DNA of 64,000 bases, taken from positions 1 through 64,000 of the forward strand of contig NW_026781548.1 of NCBI RefSeq assembly GCF_030144855.1, given 5' to 3'. Under the pieces are notes generated by a model, which saw only the letters and a list, made by a program, of their open reading frames with translations, was not told the DNA's origin and ran no database searches. Each line of letters begins with the position of its first letter. Positions within the stretch are counted from its first letter, which is position 1. The stretch comes from Hypanus sabinus. Taxonomy: Eukaryota. Position numbers and translations under genes: made by a program. Of the stretch, positions 63,401-64,000 are shown piece after piece.

Positions 63401-64000
63401 CTTTTATATCCCAGTCGTCTGGAAATGGATGCTAACTCTACATTTGGCTTCCTCAACTTTCGGCAAATTTTCCTGTGGGGAATCTTCCCAAAATGCTCTG
63501 CACTTCCGTTTCTTTCAACATTCTCCCTTTTTCTATAGTAGTCCGGATACCACAGAGAGTATCCGATCACCACAGCCTGACCAACACGCTGCCGGCCCGC
63601 CACCCTGCACACATTCATATACCAGTCCACTAAAAATGGATAGGAGCATGCATTTTAGCTCTTCACCATTGACTGAACCTGGAGAATTTCCTGTGGCTCT
63701 GCAACTCAAATTTTCAATTCAAATGTTCTTCCCATTTAGGAAATAGTCCACGACTTTATTCCCCCTTTCAAAGAGTAACACTGGGCACTTCTCTATATTA
63801 AATTCCTTCTTAATTCTTTGTCTCTTCTCCAGTCTGTCTAATTCCTTCTGTAAGCACCCGACATCCTCAGCTCTACCTTCCGTTCCATGTACCTTCGCCT
63901 GGGTCTCAAACCCTGTGACAAAGCAATCCAATCATTCACCCAAACCATTGATGTGCAACGTGATAAGAAACGGATTCAACACTGATTCCTGCGGAACTTC

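Noticed and set aside
13463-64000. TCR D, J or C segments; trypsinogen, MOXD2 or EPHB6 exons
   Set aside because: No RSS-flanked D, FGxG J motif or C1-set exon was recognised, and no such neighbour proteins appear in the ORF track.
1-64000. CRISPR arrays, rRNA or tRNA genes
   Set aside because: None seen; the window is eukaryotic and its repeats are explained by transposons and segmental duplication.

Overview
Vertebrate genomic DNA, most likely a cartilaginous fish (shark/ray), judged from its repeat families and the style of its TCR V and GPCR sequences. The left ~15 kb is part of a T-cell receptor V array, probably TRB, with five V segments. Two look potentially functional with 23-bp-spacer RSSs: 6649-6942 (-) and an inverted 'CAWS' V at 13128-13423 (+). 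Three are pseudogenes, one split by a young Gmr1-type LTR retrotransposon whose gag-protease-integrase frame stays open to the window edge. Co-oriented CTCF-like motifs are interspersed. No D, J or C segment was found. From ~15.6 kb to the end lies a tandem array (~20.6-kb period) of two-exon GPR139/GPR142-like orphan rhodopsin-class GPCR genes. It holds one intact copy (57092-59717, 365 aa), two full pseudogenes and one inverted orphan exon 2; units B, C and D each carry a strong CTCF motif. All are embedded in decayed CR1, Rex1/Babar-like, Penelope and piggyBac elements. Main points of interest: the TCR-V/GPCR-array juxtaposition, apparent diversification of the GPCR ectodomain, a conserved in-frame ATG exactly 123 nt upstream in three paralogs, and a CTCF orientation switch created by the inverted duplicate. 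All alignments and counts were made by hand; repeat boundaries are approximate.
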